64,000 nucleotides of DNA from an uncultured delta proteobacterium. Lineage in GTDB: Bacteria > Desulfobacterota > Desulfobacteria > Desulfobacterales > QNYZ01. Under the pieces are notes generated by a model, which had not been told where the DNA came from, did no database searches, and was given only the letters and a program-made list of their open reading frames with translations. Positions 53,236 through 63,184 of this stretch are shown here, one piece after another; the first letter of the stretch is position 1, and each line of letters begins with the position of its first letter. The translations under genes and the position numbers were made by a program. The stretch covers positions 224,001-288,000 of the forward strand of contig CAWJQU010000002.1 in assembly GCA_963845145.1 (NCBI GenBank). The letters run 5' to 3'.

Positions 53236-53994
53236 TCATTTTTCAACCGGTCCATCCGACAGTATTTTGATAACGGCTTCCAGGTCCTCCGGCACATCGA
53301 CTCCCAGGCTGGCATGCTCGGTAATAACCACCTGAATCGGAATTCCGTTTTCCAGCAAACGCAACTGCTCGAGTTTCTCCGTTCGTTCGAGCCGGCTGGG
53401 CCCCCATTGAACAAATTGTTCCAACACATGTTTCCGATAGGCATACAAACCAATATGGCCATAATAGATCGAATCAGTCGCACGACCTGATCGTCCGGGA
53501 ATCAATGCGCGGGAAAAATAGAGGGCTCGGCCGTCATGGGCAAACACCACCTTAACCACGTTGGGATTGTCGGCGATCTGCATATTGATACGACGGGCCA
53601 GGGTGGTCACCTGCATGGACGGTTGGGCAAAAGGTCCCAGTAGCTGGCTGATCATGGCCGGAGCCAAAGCCGGTTCATCCCCCTGAATATTGACAATGAC
53701 ACACGCCTCGGATGCGCCAATGGTTCGGGCGGCCTCTAGAATCCGGTCCGACCCACTGGGATGATCTGCGCTTGTCATCACAACGGGAACATTCAAGGCT
53801 TCCGCCAATTGCCGGATCCGTTCATCGTCCGTGGCTAAAAGGACGCGATCCAGTTGGGGGCATTGGCTCGCCCGGTGGTAAACATGCCAGAACATGGGAC
53901 GACCCAGAATTTGTGCCAAGGGCTTTCCCGGAAATCGCCGGGAGCCATATCTGGCCGGAATAATCCCGATACATGGTGGTAAATTGGATGCCAT
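53236..53994 (-). CDS. kdsB: CMP-Kdo synthetase
   Basis: IPARYGSRRFPGKPL, NIQGDEP, ALYFSR, EKLEQLR. Confidence 0.95.
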   Translation of the reverse strand: MASNLPPCIGIIPARYGSRRFPGKPLAQILGRPMFWHVYHRASQCPQLDRVLLATDDERIRQLAEALNVPVVMTSADHPSGSDRILEAARTIGASEACVIVNIQGDEPALAPAMISQLLGPFAQPSMQVTTLARRINMQIADNPNVVKVVFAHDGRALYFSRALIPGRSGRATDSIYYGHIGLYAYRKHVLEQFVQWGPSRLERTEKLEQLRLLENGIPIQVVITEHASLGVDVPEDLEAVIKILSDGPVEK

Positions 53995-54003
53995 TTTATC
54001 GAT

Positions 54004-55401
54004 TTATGTTTCCCCGTTTAATCGTTTCAGTAAATTCGCCTTGGTTAAATCGGTTAAAAAGGTTTCGATCAATCGACACGCTTTCCGGGAGCCACCGGTT
54101 CGATGATCCGCAAAGGCCATCGCCTGATGGCGAACCGTTTTATGGGAGACCGGTTGTTTCAGATTTGTAACGATTTGATCGGCCACCGATAGCCAATCAT
54201 TGGCTCGGAAGACCAGCCTTTTTTCGAAAATTCCTTCGCCCACCCATAAAAAATTAAACCACGAGGGGCCGATAACCGGGATCACCCCGCAGGCCAACGG
54301 CTCTAAAAAATTCTGTCCGCCCAAAGGGGCCAGACTCCCACCCACAAATGCGGCGGTCGCCATGGCATATGCATCTCGCAGCTCTCCGAATGTGTCCCAC
54401 AATACCATAGCGCCTGGTTTTACCAAACCATCAATGCGTGAGCGCAATGTCCACGACCGGTTACCGCGGCTTAAATATTTTTGCCAGGCATCGAGTCGAT
54501 TCATATGGCGAGGAAATATGGCGATCATTGTTTTCGGTAAGGCTTTGTGTATTCGATGTATCATTTTCAGGGTCTGGTCTTCCTCCTCCTGCCTTACAGA
54601 TCCGAGCACCACAAGGGGCTGGTCGGAAGAAAACAAATTGGCCAGCCGGTCACTAGGGACACCCTGTTTTAATTGCCGATACCAATGGTCGAATTTGATA
54701 TTGGTCATCACCTCGACACGGGTATCCGGATACAACCGACCGAACCTGCCGGCATCAGGCGCAGAAACTGCCAGTATTCGCGTGGGCGCGATTGACCGCC
54801 AGAAAGAAGGCCAAAGCATGTAGCGCTTCAGACTGGATGAATTGAGGCGACCATTGATAACCACTACCGGTATTCGTCTGGATCGCAAGGCGGCCAAAAA
54901 TCCCGGCCATAGCTCGGTTTCCAGAATCACCACCAATTTTGGGCGGACAGCATCCACGACCCTTTGCATCAACCGGGGATGATCGAATGGAAAATAACGG
55001 ATAGCCATCTTGCCCGATACCAGCATTGAATCAAGTGCCTCCCGCGCCCGGGACAAGATACCCATCCCCTGGCTTGTGTTGGTGGTCACCAGGAATCGAA
55101 AGTGTTTTTTACTGGTAAAATGGGTGGCCAATTCCTGGACCAGGTAGGCCTCTCCAGCCGATGCGGCGTGCAGCCAAACATCGGCCCGAGATGGAAGGGC
55201 TTTGACCTGACGTTGATCCCACCCCTTCAAAAGCCGCTTATTCAAGCGTAAAACAGGACGCCCTATATACCAAATGAGATTGTAGAAACCCATGGCCCCC
55301 GCAATGGCGGGTGAAAAAACCGCATTGGAAGACCGTGTTTTTCGATGCCATCTGCAATTATTATTTTTTATAGAATTCAGTGTAAACCTCAAATGAATCA
55401 A
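54004..55401 (-). CDS. waaA: Kdo transferase (start uncertain)
   Basis: WLHAASAGE, ETELWP, INGR, PRH, DTFGEL, FVGGSL..GGQNFLEP. Confidence 0.9.
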   Translation of the reverse strand: MIHLRFTLNSIKNNNCRWHRKTRSSNAVFSPAIAGAMGFYNLIWYIGRPVLRLNKRLLKGWDQRQVKALPSRADVWLHAASAGEAYLVQELATHFTSKKHFRFLVTTNTSQGMGILSRAREALDSMLVSGKMAIRYFPFDHPRLMQRVVDAVRPKLVVILETELWPGFLAALRSRRIPVVVINGRLNSSSLKRYMLWPSFWRSIAPTRILAVSAPDAGRFGRLYPDTRVEVMTNIKFDHWYRQLKQGVPSDRLANLFSSDQPLVVLGSVRQEEEDQTLKMIHRIHKALPKTMIAIFPRHMNRLDAWQKYLSRGNRSWTLRSRIDGLVKPGAMVLWDTFGELRDAYAMATAAFVGGSLAPLGGQNFLEPLACGVIPVIGPSWFNFLWVGEGIFEKRLVFRANDWLSVADQIVTNLKQPVSHKTVRHQAMAFADHRTGGSRKACRLIETFLTDLTKANLLKRLNGET

Positions 55402-55563
55402 TATTTATCATACCCGGTTTTTCATACCTGTATTTTATTAGTTGGTAAACCTCTAATATATTGTTTTTATGGGTAAGATCGTAAAATGTATCCGAAGGGC
55501 TGTCAATCGAAAAACACAATATCATTATTATAATTGCATTATTATAAATAATAATGAAATTTT

Positions 55564-55592
55564 CTTGACATGATTCCCTATTGTCTTATTTT
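55564..55592 (+). promoter_or_regulatory. Candidate hsp20 promoter
   Basis: CTTGACA-N14-CTTATTTT. Confidence 0.5.
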
Positions 55593-55643
55593 CCAGATAA
55601 ATAAAATGATTTCAAAACACACTTTTAAGAAGGAGGATCAATC

Positions 55644-56084
55644 ATGCATTTGGTTAGATTAAACCCCACAAGTGATATGATGAAGGTAAACAGACATATG
55701 GATCGGTTTTTTAATGAGTTCTTCTCACCCATGGACAGACAGGTATCCAAAGAAACTTTTCGATGGAACCCGGTCGCGGATATTTTGGAAAACGATGATG
55801 CCTTTACGATTAAAGTCGAGCTTCCAGGTCTTGAAAAAGACCAGATCAACCTTGATGTCAAAGAGAATATCCTGACGATTAAGGGCGAACGCGCCGACGA
55901 TAACGAAGTCAAAGCGGATAAGGTCTATCGACGAGAGCGGTTTCATGGGAAGTTTCAACGAGCCTTTACCTTGCCGTCCACGGTGGACGCGGATAAAATC
56001 AAGGCCGAATTTGTCGACGGATTGTTGAAAATAATCATACCCAAAGTGCCCAAAGAAAAACCGAAACAAATTACCGTCCACTAA
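55644..56084 (+). CDS. Hsp20/alpha-crystallin small heat-shock protein
   Basis: P..DI.E, ELPG, RRER..GKFQRAFTLP, A.F.DGLL. Confidence 0.92.
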   Translation: MHLVRLNPTSDMMKVNRHMDRFFNEFFSPMDRQVSKETFRWNPVADILENDDAFTIKVELPGLEKDQINLDVKENILTIKGERADDNEVKADKVYRRERFHGKFQRAFTLPSTVDADKIKAEFVDGLLKIIIPKVPKEKPKQITVH

Positions 56085-56124
56085 CGCCATCCGGGCCATG
56101 TACCCGGCATCCTAACCAAAACGG

Positions 56125-56156
56125 CGGGGCAAAAAAATGTCATTGCCCCGCTTTTC
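56125..56156 (+). terminator. Rho-independent terminator after hsp20
   Basis: GCGGGGCAA...TTGCCCCGC followed by TTTT. Confidence 0.7.
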
Positions 56157-56241
56157 TAATTTCTACCTGGACGGGTGCCTGGTTTGAACACCAATCCATT
56201 CGTCTCTTGAATTCCTTATCAGGAGCCCTTACGAATAGAGG

Positions 56242-57489
56242 CTAATCGGCCGACTCATTGGCTGACTGTAACATTGCCTGGAGCAGGACATTGCCGCCTG
56301 CTTCACAATCTTCCCAAGTCGTACTTTCCAATTCCACGTGGCTACGTCCGCCGATACTGGGGACAAAAATCATGGCCGTGGGGCAGATTTGATTCATATA
56401 GCTGGCGTCGTGACCGGCCCCGCTAACCATGGGAAGGCTCGAATATCCCAAGGAATCCGCCGTATCCAGAATCCGTCGGACCAATTTCTCATCAAAGGGG
56501 GAATGCTCAACGCGCCAGGTTTCTTCAATTTTTATAGGACATCCCCTTCGGCCGGCGATGGTTTCAATCTCGGCACGCAACAAATCCCAGGCCTTCAATG
56601 CCAAATCATCATCCCAAGATCGAATATCCACCGTAAAATGAACCTTATCCGGGATAATGTTACGCGAGTTGGGCCCATTGTGAATTTCACCCACCGTGGC
56701 GACCATATTGCCTCCCATACGTCCCGGCAGCCGGTTAACCTCTAAAATCATTTCTGCCGCCGCACAGAGGGCATCGTGCCGGCCTTCCATAGGTGTGGGC
56801 CCCACCTGATTGGCTTCACCCGTTAAATAAATATCGTACCAGTGTAAGCAGAGGATTCCTTTGGGTGCACCGATTGTTTTCCCCTCACGTTCCAACATCG
56901 GCCCTTGTTCAATATGATATTCGTAGTAGCAGTGAACCGGAAATTTCCGACAGGGCGTCTCCTGCTTATAGCCGATACGGATAAGCTCATCCTCGAAGCG
57001 CTTACCGTCTATATCGGTCCGGCCATAGGCCCAATCACGATCAAGGGCGCCGGCCCAGACCCCCGACGATACCATGGCCGGCGCAAACCGGGAGCCCTCT
57101 TCGTTGGTCCAGTCCACGACAACCATCGGTCGCTCAGTTTCAATGTTGTTTTCGTGAAGGGTTCGAAGCACTTCCAACGGCCCCATGACACCCAGAATAC
57201 CGTCGAACCGCCCCCCTTTGGGCTGAGAGTCGATATGGGAACCACTCATCACCGGAGCCAGTGAATCGTCTTTCCCCGACCGGCGACCGAAAATATTCCC
57301 CATTTCATCGATCGTAACATCAAGATCTATCGCCTGGAGCCATTTTACAAAAAGATCCCGGGCTTGCTTATCTTCGTCGGACAGGGTTAATCGCTGAACT
57401 CCCCCACCCGGCGTCGCCCCGATCGCTGCCATTTGTTCCAATGTGTCGCGAAGTCGCGCACCGTTTATTCGCAATGTTTTCAGGTCCAT
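56242..57489 (-). CDS. M20-family Zn hydrolase (N-carbamoyl-amino acid amidohydrolase / ureidopropionase type)
   Basis: GSHIDS, GRFDG, NEEG, EYHIEQG, SGAGHDA. Confidence 0.88.
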   Translation of the reverse strand: MDLKTLRINGARLRDTLEQMAAIGATPGGGVQRLTLSDEDKQARDLFVKWLQAIDLDVTIDEMGNIFGRRSGKDDSLAPVMSGSHIDSQPKGGRFDGILGVMGPLEVLRTLHENNIETERPMVVVDWTNEEGSRFAPAMVSSGVWAGALDRDWAYGRTDIDGKRFEDELIRIGYKQETPCRKFPVHCYYEYHIEQGPMLEREGKTIGAPKGILCLHWYDIYLTGEANQVGPTPMEGRHDALCAAAEMILEVNRLPGRMGGNMVATVGEIHNGPNSRNIIPDKVHFTVDIRSWDDDLALKAWDLLRAEIETIAGRRGCPIKIEETWRVEHSPFDEKLVRRILDTADSLGYSSLPMVSGAGHDASYMNQICPTAMIFVPSIGGRSHVELESTTWEDCEAGGNVLLQAMLQSANESAD

Positions 57490-57528
57490 TTTATCCTCCC
57501 TTAAGTTTGATATCGCCGGTAAAAAAAA

Positions 57529-57765
57529 TCAGAACCATCGGATTAAGATGACACCGCCTGTCAGCAACAATACGCCAAGCACCCGCATGCCGTTGATTGG
57601 ATGGATGGTGTAACCGATGAACCCAAAATGGTCCAATATCAATGAGGCCAACATCTGCCCGGCCAAAACACCGGCTACCATGGTAGTCATTCCCAACCGG
57701 GGAGCCAGAATGATGGTGGAAACAACGAAAAAGGCGCCGATGAAGCCCCCCATCCATTTGCACAC
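57529..57765 (-). pseudogene. C-terminal fragment of a YdcZ-like DMT transporter
   Basis: WMGGFIGA...APRLG...GQMLASLILDHFG; no recognisable N-terminal half. Confidence 0.6.
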
Positions 57766-58129
57766 AGTGAAAGTCCGCTGGCTAAAGTAGAAAAAGCGGG
57801 TCGCAACCCGCCACAATAATAATCGGTTCGAAGACGGCACCGATGGCCGCACATGGAATCCCGACATCAAAGCCAGACATCAAAAATAGATGAATTCCAC
57901 CTTAGGAAAAAACATTCCGACTGTCAATCGGATATATCGTCGCTATCTTATGTCTGGGCACGGTCGTGAGGCGCCGATCGGCCAAAAAAGACTTTAGCCG
58001 ACCTCAGCTATATGTTTTCACATCTGTTTATATTTTATGGGCTTGACGGATGGCGCCAACTGGCCTAAATTTATGATAGATATTTTAAAGTAAAATCTTA
58101 CTAAACAACCATTAAGCGAGGACCAACTC

Positions 58130-58882
58130 ATGGCTTATTCAATCGCATTGGCCGGAAAAGGGGGAGCGGGTAAAACCACCCTGGCCGGCATGCTGGTGAA
58201 ATACCTGATCGCAAAAGAAAAAGTGCCAATTCTGGCGGTGGATGCCGACAGCAATGCCAATTTTAATGAAGTACTGGGCCTTGATTTTGCCAATACTCTG
58301 GGCAATGCCCGGGAGCAGATGAAAAAAGGGGATGTTCCCAATGGCATGACCAAAGATATATTCATGGAAATGAAACTGGGGGAGGCCATCGTCGAAGCCG
58401 ACGGGTTTGACCTGGTGGTGATGGGACAGCCCGAAGGCGCGGGATGTTATTGTGCCGCCAATACCCTGTTGACCAACTTTTTAGAACGGTTGACCGTTAA
58501 CTACCCCTACATTGTGATGGATAATGAGGCGGGTATGGAGCATATCAGCCGGTTGACCACCCGCAATGTGGATGTGCTCCTGATCGTTTCCGATACATCC
58601 CGACGAAGCCTGCAAGCCGGATTTCGCATTAATAAGCTGGCCCGAGACTTGGGGATAGGTGTCGGCAAAAGCTATCTGGTAGTGAATCAGGCTAAATCGG
58701 CGCTATCGGCAACCGTTACCAGCATGATCGATAAAGAGGGGCTCGTGCTGGCCGGTATGATTCCCGAAGACGACGATGTATATGAATACGATTTAAATGG
58801 CCAGGCAACCATGAAGCTTGACCGTGAAAATCCGGCGGTGCAGGCAGGTTTTGACATTTTTGACAAGATCATCGATGCATAG
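58130..58882 (+). CDS. cooC: CooC/AcsF-family nickel-insertion ATPase
   Basis: GKGGAGKTT, VDAD, GCYC, DNEAGMEH. Confidence 0.88.
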   Translation: MAYSIALAGKGGAGKTTLAGMLVKYLIAKEKVPILAVDADSNANFNEVLGLDFANTLGNAREQMKKGDVPNGMTKDIFMEMKLGEAIVEADGFDLVVMGQPEGAGCYCAANTLLTNFLERLTVNYPYIVMDNEAGMEHISRLTTRNVDVLLIVSDTSRRSLQAGFRINKLARDLGIGVGKSYLVVNQAKSALSATVTSMIDKEGLVLAGMIPEDDDVYEYDLNGQATMKLDRENPAVQAGFDIFDKIIDA

Positions 58883-58913
58883 GGACGACGGAACCAACCC
58901 TACAGGAGACGCC

Positions 58914-59864
58914 ATGAACAATACGGGTTTCTTATACGACATCAGGTATCTGCTGCACGATACCGGACCATACCACCCTGAAGTGCCCGAACGGCTCCAG
59001 GCCATTCACCAAGGGGTCAGTGAAGGCGGGCTTCTCGAACATGTAACCCTGATTCAAGCGAAATTGCCTGAAATAAAATGGATTGAGGCAGTCCATGACC
59101 CGGATTATATTCACCGTTTTGAAGAGGTCTGCCTTTCGGGTAAGAAGACCTTTGATTATCCCGACAATCAGATGTGCGACCAAACCTTTGAGACAGCCAA
59201 GTTGGCTGTTGGCGGTATCTTGGAAGCGGCCGATCTTGTGATGAAAGGAGAGCTCAATAATGCCTTTTGCGCGGTTCGTCCCCCGGGCCATCATGCCGAA
59301 ACCGATCGTGCGCTGGGTTTTTGCTATTTCAACAATGTGGCCATTTGCGCCCGCTATCTTCAGCAAAAGTGGGGGCTGAAAAAGATCGGTATCATCGATT
59401 TTGATGTTCATCACGGAAATGGTACCCAGCATATTTTCGAGAAAGATTCATCCGTATTTTATTATTCCATCCACGAACACCCCTCTTTCGCCTATCCCGG
59501 AACCGGCCGGGAGTTTGAAATGGGCACCGGCCAGGGCCATGGCTTCACTAAAAATTCGCCCACGCTGCCGGGGCAGGGAGATGATGATTACAAGCGCCTG
59601 ATGGAACGGGATCTTTTTCCGGCATTTGAACGCTTCGAGCCGGAAATCATTCTCCTTTCGACCGGTTTTGATGCCCATGTGGATGACCACCTGGCCGATA
59701 TGAGTCTCACCACGGAAGGGTTTTCCTGGATCATGGAGCGGGTGATGGAGATGGCCGATATCTATGCCGAAGGCAAGGTTATCTCCATTCTTGAAGGGGG
59801 GTATAATCTTGAACGCTTACCGGAGCTAGCGAAAAACCACGTTGAGATATTGCTGCAACGATAA
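58914..59864 (+). CDS. Zn-dependent histone-deacetylase-family protein (AcuC-like)
   Basis: HPE.PERL, RPPGHHA, GFCYFNNVA, DFDVHHGNGT, GFDAH, LEGGY. Confidence 0.9.
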   Translation: MNNTGFLYDIRYLLHDTGPYHPEVPERLQAIHQGVSEGGLLEHVTLIQAKLPEIKWIEAVHDPDYIHRFEEVCLSGKKTFDYPDNQMCDQTFETAKLAVGGILEAADLVMKGELNNAFCAVRPPGHHAETDRALGFCYFNNVAICARYLQQKWGLKKIGIIDFDVHHGNGTQHIFEKDSSVFYYSIHEHPSFAYPGTGREFEMGTGQGHGFTKNSPTLPGQGDDDYKRLMERDLFPAFERFEPEIILLSTGFDAHVDDHLADMSLTTEGFSWIMERVMEMADIYAEGKVISILEGGYNLERLPELAKNHVEILLQR

Positions 59865-59976
59865 GCGTACTGTTTTGCTAAATGACACATCCAAAAACCA
59901 GTTAGAATCTGATCGCAAGCCAACGACCTATTTTGTCGAATACGCAGGCTACCCATTAATTACGCGGAGGTAATCC

Positions 59977-60660
59977 ATGTTTGTTAACCGTTCAATGACC
60001 GTAAAAGTAATCACCATTGACCCGGACGCCGGGGCTTTAGAAGCAAAGGCGTTGATGGAAAAGCATCATTTCCGCCACCTGCCCGTCTGTCGCAAAGATG
60101 GTCGACTCGTCGGAATGATCACTGATCGGGATTTGCGTAGTGCCCTGCCCCACGAATTTTCAAAAACGCCCCAAACTGATGATACAAAACCGGAAAAAGC
60201 TGAATCCGCGCTCAAGGTTTCCGATATCATGACCAAGGATTTGATTAAAATTTCCCCCATGGATACCATTCAAGATGCCTTGTTGCTCGTCCAGCGTTCC
60301 AAAGTGGGTGCCCTCCCTGTGGTTGACGACCAGAACAATCTGAAAGGAATTATTTCCGTAAGAGATCTGCTACGGGCATTTATTAATGTGCTCGGTATTG
60401 GAGAACCGGGATCGCTGATCTGTATTCTGGCAGAAGAAAAGGTGGGACAACTAAAAAAAATCGTCGACGCGGTCACTGAAGAGGGTATTTCCTGCGGCAG
60501 TATATTGGTCGCGCGATACTGGGATGATGATAAGCGGGCCGTATTCTGCTATCTGCTGACACTGAATGTCCGTTCCATTAAAAAGAAACTCGCCGACCTG
60601 GGTTTTACCCTGCTTGATCCGATGGAATGGTATATAGACCAGATACCCCAATCGGAATAA
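59977..60660 (+). CDS. CBS-pair protein, AcuB-like
   Basis: RHLPV...GMITDRD, GALPVVD...GIIS..D, C-terminal ACT-like region. Confidence 0.8.
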   Translation: MFVNRSMTVKVITIDPDAGALEAKALMEKHHFRHLPVCRKDGRLVGMITDRDLRSALPHEFSKTPQTDDTKPEKAESALKVSDIMTKDLIKISPMDTIQDALLLVQRSKVGALPVVDDQNNLKGIISVRDLLRAFINVLGIGEPGSLICILAEEKVGQLKKIVDAVTEEGISCGSILVARYWDDDKRAVFCYLLTLNVRSIKKKLADLGFTLLDPMEWYIDQIPQSE

Positions 60661-61535
60661 TGCCGGTCTCACCCTACCAGGATTTATATATTTATTACCT
60701 TTCCGGCCGCCTGCCCCATTGTGAATCACCGGGGCCGAACTTCCTCGGAAACTGGCAGGAGGAAGACACCTCCTTTCTATTCTTTTCCTCGCCAGCCCAG
60801 GTCCAGGTCGAAACCTTGGTCAACAAGCATCCTGGGCTGGTCCTGGAAGATGCGTATCAAATGACCTATGCCGAATGGCAAGGCGGCCACACAGGCCCGC
60901 TTACAGTGGGTCGCTTTCGAATGATTCCTCCCTGGATGGCATCACCACCGAACGGGACGCTGGGCACGCCATCCAATGACAACCCGCATTATGACAATAT
61001 AAGTGATATCATTTTTGATCCCGGCGTGGTGTTCGGTAACGGCCTGCACCCCACAACGCGGGACTGCCTGGCGGCTTTAGAAACCGTTTGGAAGAAAGCA
61101 ACCATTGGCACCGTCCTCGATCTAGGCAGCGGCACGGGCATATTGACCCTCGCAGCAGCCCGCTTAGGGGCCCGACATGTTTTGGCGGTGGACAACAACC
61201 TTTTGGCTGTTCAAACAACACGGTCCAACGTGCAATTAAACGGTTTAGAGGCACGGATACTCGCTGTTCAGGGGGATGCCGAAGCCTTTGTTTTTCACTC
61301 CGCAGAGCTACTGATTGCCAACCTGCATTATGCCGTGATGAAACGGTTGGTAGCGACGTCGGGTTTCCGCTTAAAACCCTGGGCCATCCTTTCCGGCCTG
61401 CTTTCCAGCGAAGCCGGGCACGTTTCCCGTGAACTCAAACGGCAAGGCGCTACAATCCTTAGCTCTCAAGTGAGCGAAGGAAAATGGCATACCTTTCTTG
61501 TCTCTCGGGTTGACGCCGGGAAGGAAGGGACGTAG
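60660..61535 (+). CDS. PrmA-like SAM methyltransferase
   Basis: DPGVVFGNGLHPTT, LDLGSGTGIL, IANL, ILSG. Confidence 0.75.
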   Translation: MPVSPYQDLYIYYLSGRLPHCESPGPNFLGNWQEEDTSFLFFSSPAQVQVETLVNKHPGLVLEDAYQMTYAEWQGGHTGPLTVGRFRMIPPWMASPPNGTLGTPSNDNPHYDNISDIIFDPGVVFGNGLHPTTRDCLAALETVWKKATIGTVLDLGSGTGILTLAAARLGARHVLAVDNNLLAVQTTRSNVQLNGLEARILAVQGDAEAFVFHSAELLIANLHYAVMKRLVATSGFRLKPWAILSGLLSSEAGHVSRELKRQGATILSSQVSEGKWHTFLVSRVDAGKEGT

Positions 61536-61583
61536 TATAATTATTCGGCGAATCGCCCATAGAAACAGACCAGGGATCTGCCC

Positions 61584-62423
61584 ATGAAAATAACGTGCTG
61601 GGGTTCCCGCGGATCGACTCCCGTCTGCGGGCCTGAATACATAAAATACGGGGGCAACACAACTTGCCTGGAAATCGAGCCCCAGAGCGGCGAAACCATT
61701 ATCGTGGACGCCGGCACCGGAATCCGTGAACTGGGCAACCGCCTATTAGAAAATCGAATCACAACGTATCACCTGCTCTTTACCCATGCCCATTGGGATC
61801 ATATTATGGGTTTACCTTTTTTCAAACCGTTGCATATTGCCAAAAAAACGCTCAATATCTATCACTGTCCCTACCACACCCGCTTTGTAGACCGAATGCT
61901 TTCGGACCTGATGCGACCACCCTACTTTCCCATACCCTGTTTGGGAAGCAAAGCCGATTTGATTTTCATTGATAAGGGCCCCCAGATATTTGAAATCGGA
62001 TCGGTTCAAATCGAAGCCATTCCACTCAGCCATCCTAACGGCGGCGGCGGATATAAATTTACGGAAAATGGCAATACCTTCGTTTTTCTCACCGATAACG
62101 AACTCGGTTATGTTCACTCCGGTGGAAAAACAATCGACGACTATCGGCGCTTCGCCCAGGAAGCCGACCTGTTGATTCATGATGCAGAATTCCTTCCCGA
62201 AGAGTATCAATCAAAAACCGGTTGGGGGCATTCGCGCTACACAGACGCCCTGACGCTGGCTATGGATGCCGGTGTGAAAACCATCGGGCTTTTCCATATC
62301 AATCAGGAACGGACCGACGCACAGATGGACGCCCTCCTCAAAGATGCCCAGCAGTTTGTCGCATCTAAAAACCAATCCACCCAATGTGACGCCGTGGCCA
62401 CCAATTGGGCGTTTGTATTGTAA
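61584..62423 (+). CDS. MBL-fold metallo-hydrolase
   Basis: WGSRGS, DAGTG, THAHWDH, TDNE, HDA, WGHS. Confidence 0.85.
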   Translation: MKITCWGSRGSTPVCGPEYIKYGGNTTCLEIEPQSGETIIVDAGTGIRELGNRLLENRITTYHLLFTHAHWDHIMGLPFFKPLHIAKKTLNIYHCPYHTRFVDRMLSDLMRPPYFPIPCLGSKADLIFIDKGPQIFEIGSVQIEAIPLSHPNGGGGYKFTENGNTFVFLTDNELGYVHSGGKTIDDYRRFAQEADLLIHDAEFLPEEYQSKTGWGHSRYTDALTLAMDAGVKTIGLFHINQERTDAQMDALLKDAQQFVASKNQSTQCDAVATNWAFVL

Positions 62424-62425
62424 GC

Positions 62426-63184
62426 ATGCAGGGCTTAATCGACCAGGCAGCCAAAGATATCGCCCAGGCCCGGATCGTGTCCGCACTCACCGGAGCCGGC
62501 ATTTCCGTCGAAAGCGGCATTCCCCCCTTCCGTGGAAAGGGTGGGCTATGGGAAAAGATCGATCCGATGGAAGTGGCCCATATTGACGCGTTTACAAAGG
62601 ACCCTCAAAAAGTATGGGAAATGCTCATCCGGGATATGAAGGACGTGCTCGATGCCGCCAAACCGAATGATGCCCACAAGGGTCTGGTTCACCTGGAGGT
62701 AATCGGAAAATTAAAAACGATCATCACCCAGAATGTCGATGGCCTCCACCAGGCGGCCGGGAGCAAGGATGTCATTGAATTCCACGGCAACTTTGCCTGG
62801 CAGCGATGCACCGATTGCGGTGACAGTTGCCGGACGGCGCAGATACGAATGGATAAAATACCGCCCCGTTGCCATTGCGGCGGTATTTATCGACCGGATT
62901 GCGTCTTTTTCGGTGAGATGATCCCATCTGATGCCCTGCTGCGGTCACAATCAGCCGCCGCCGCCTGTGATGTAATGCTGGTCCTCGGCACATCCGCCAC
63001 GGTTCACCCGGCCGCTTATATGCCGGCACTGGCCAAAGAGAATGGGGCCAAAATCATAGAAATCAATCCGGAACCCACTCCCCTCACCGGCCACATCAGC
63101 GATTACCTCATCCAGGGTAAAAGCGGCGATGTGATGAATCAAATCATCGCCCGGCTCGAAAAACCCGCGCCAACGCCTTTATGA
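62426..63184 (+). CDS. cobB: NAD-dependent sirtuin deacylase
   Basis: TGAGISVESGIP.FRG, TQNVDGLH, HG, Zn-binding cysteines, GTS..V.PAA. Confidence 0.9.
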   Translation: MQGLIDQAAKDIAQARIVSALTGAGISVESGIPPFRGKGGLWEKIDPMEVAHIDAFTKDPQKVWEMLIRDMKDVLDAAKPNDAHKGLVHLEVIGKLKTIITQNVDGLHQAAGSKDVIEFHGNFAWQRCTDCGDSCRTAQIRMDKIPPRCHCGGIYRPDCVFFGEMIPSDALLRSQSAAAACDVMLVLGTSATVHPAAYMPALAKENGAKIIEINPEPTPLTGHISDYLIQGKSGDVMNQIIARLEKPAPTPL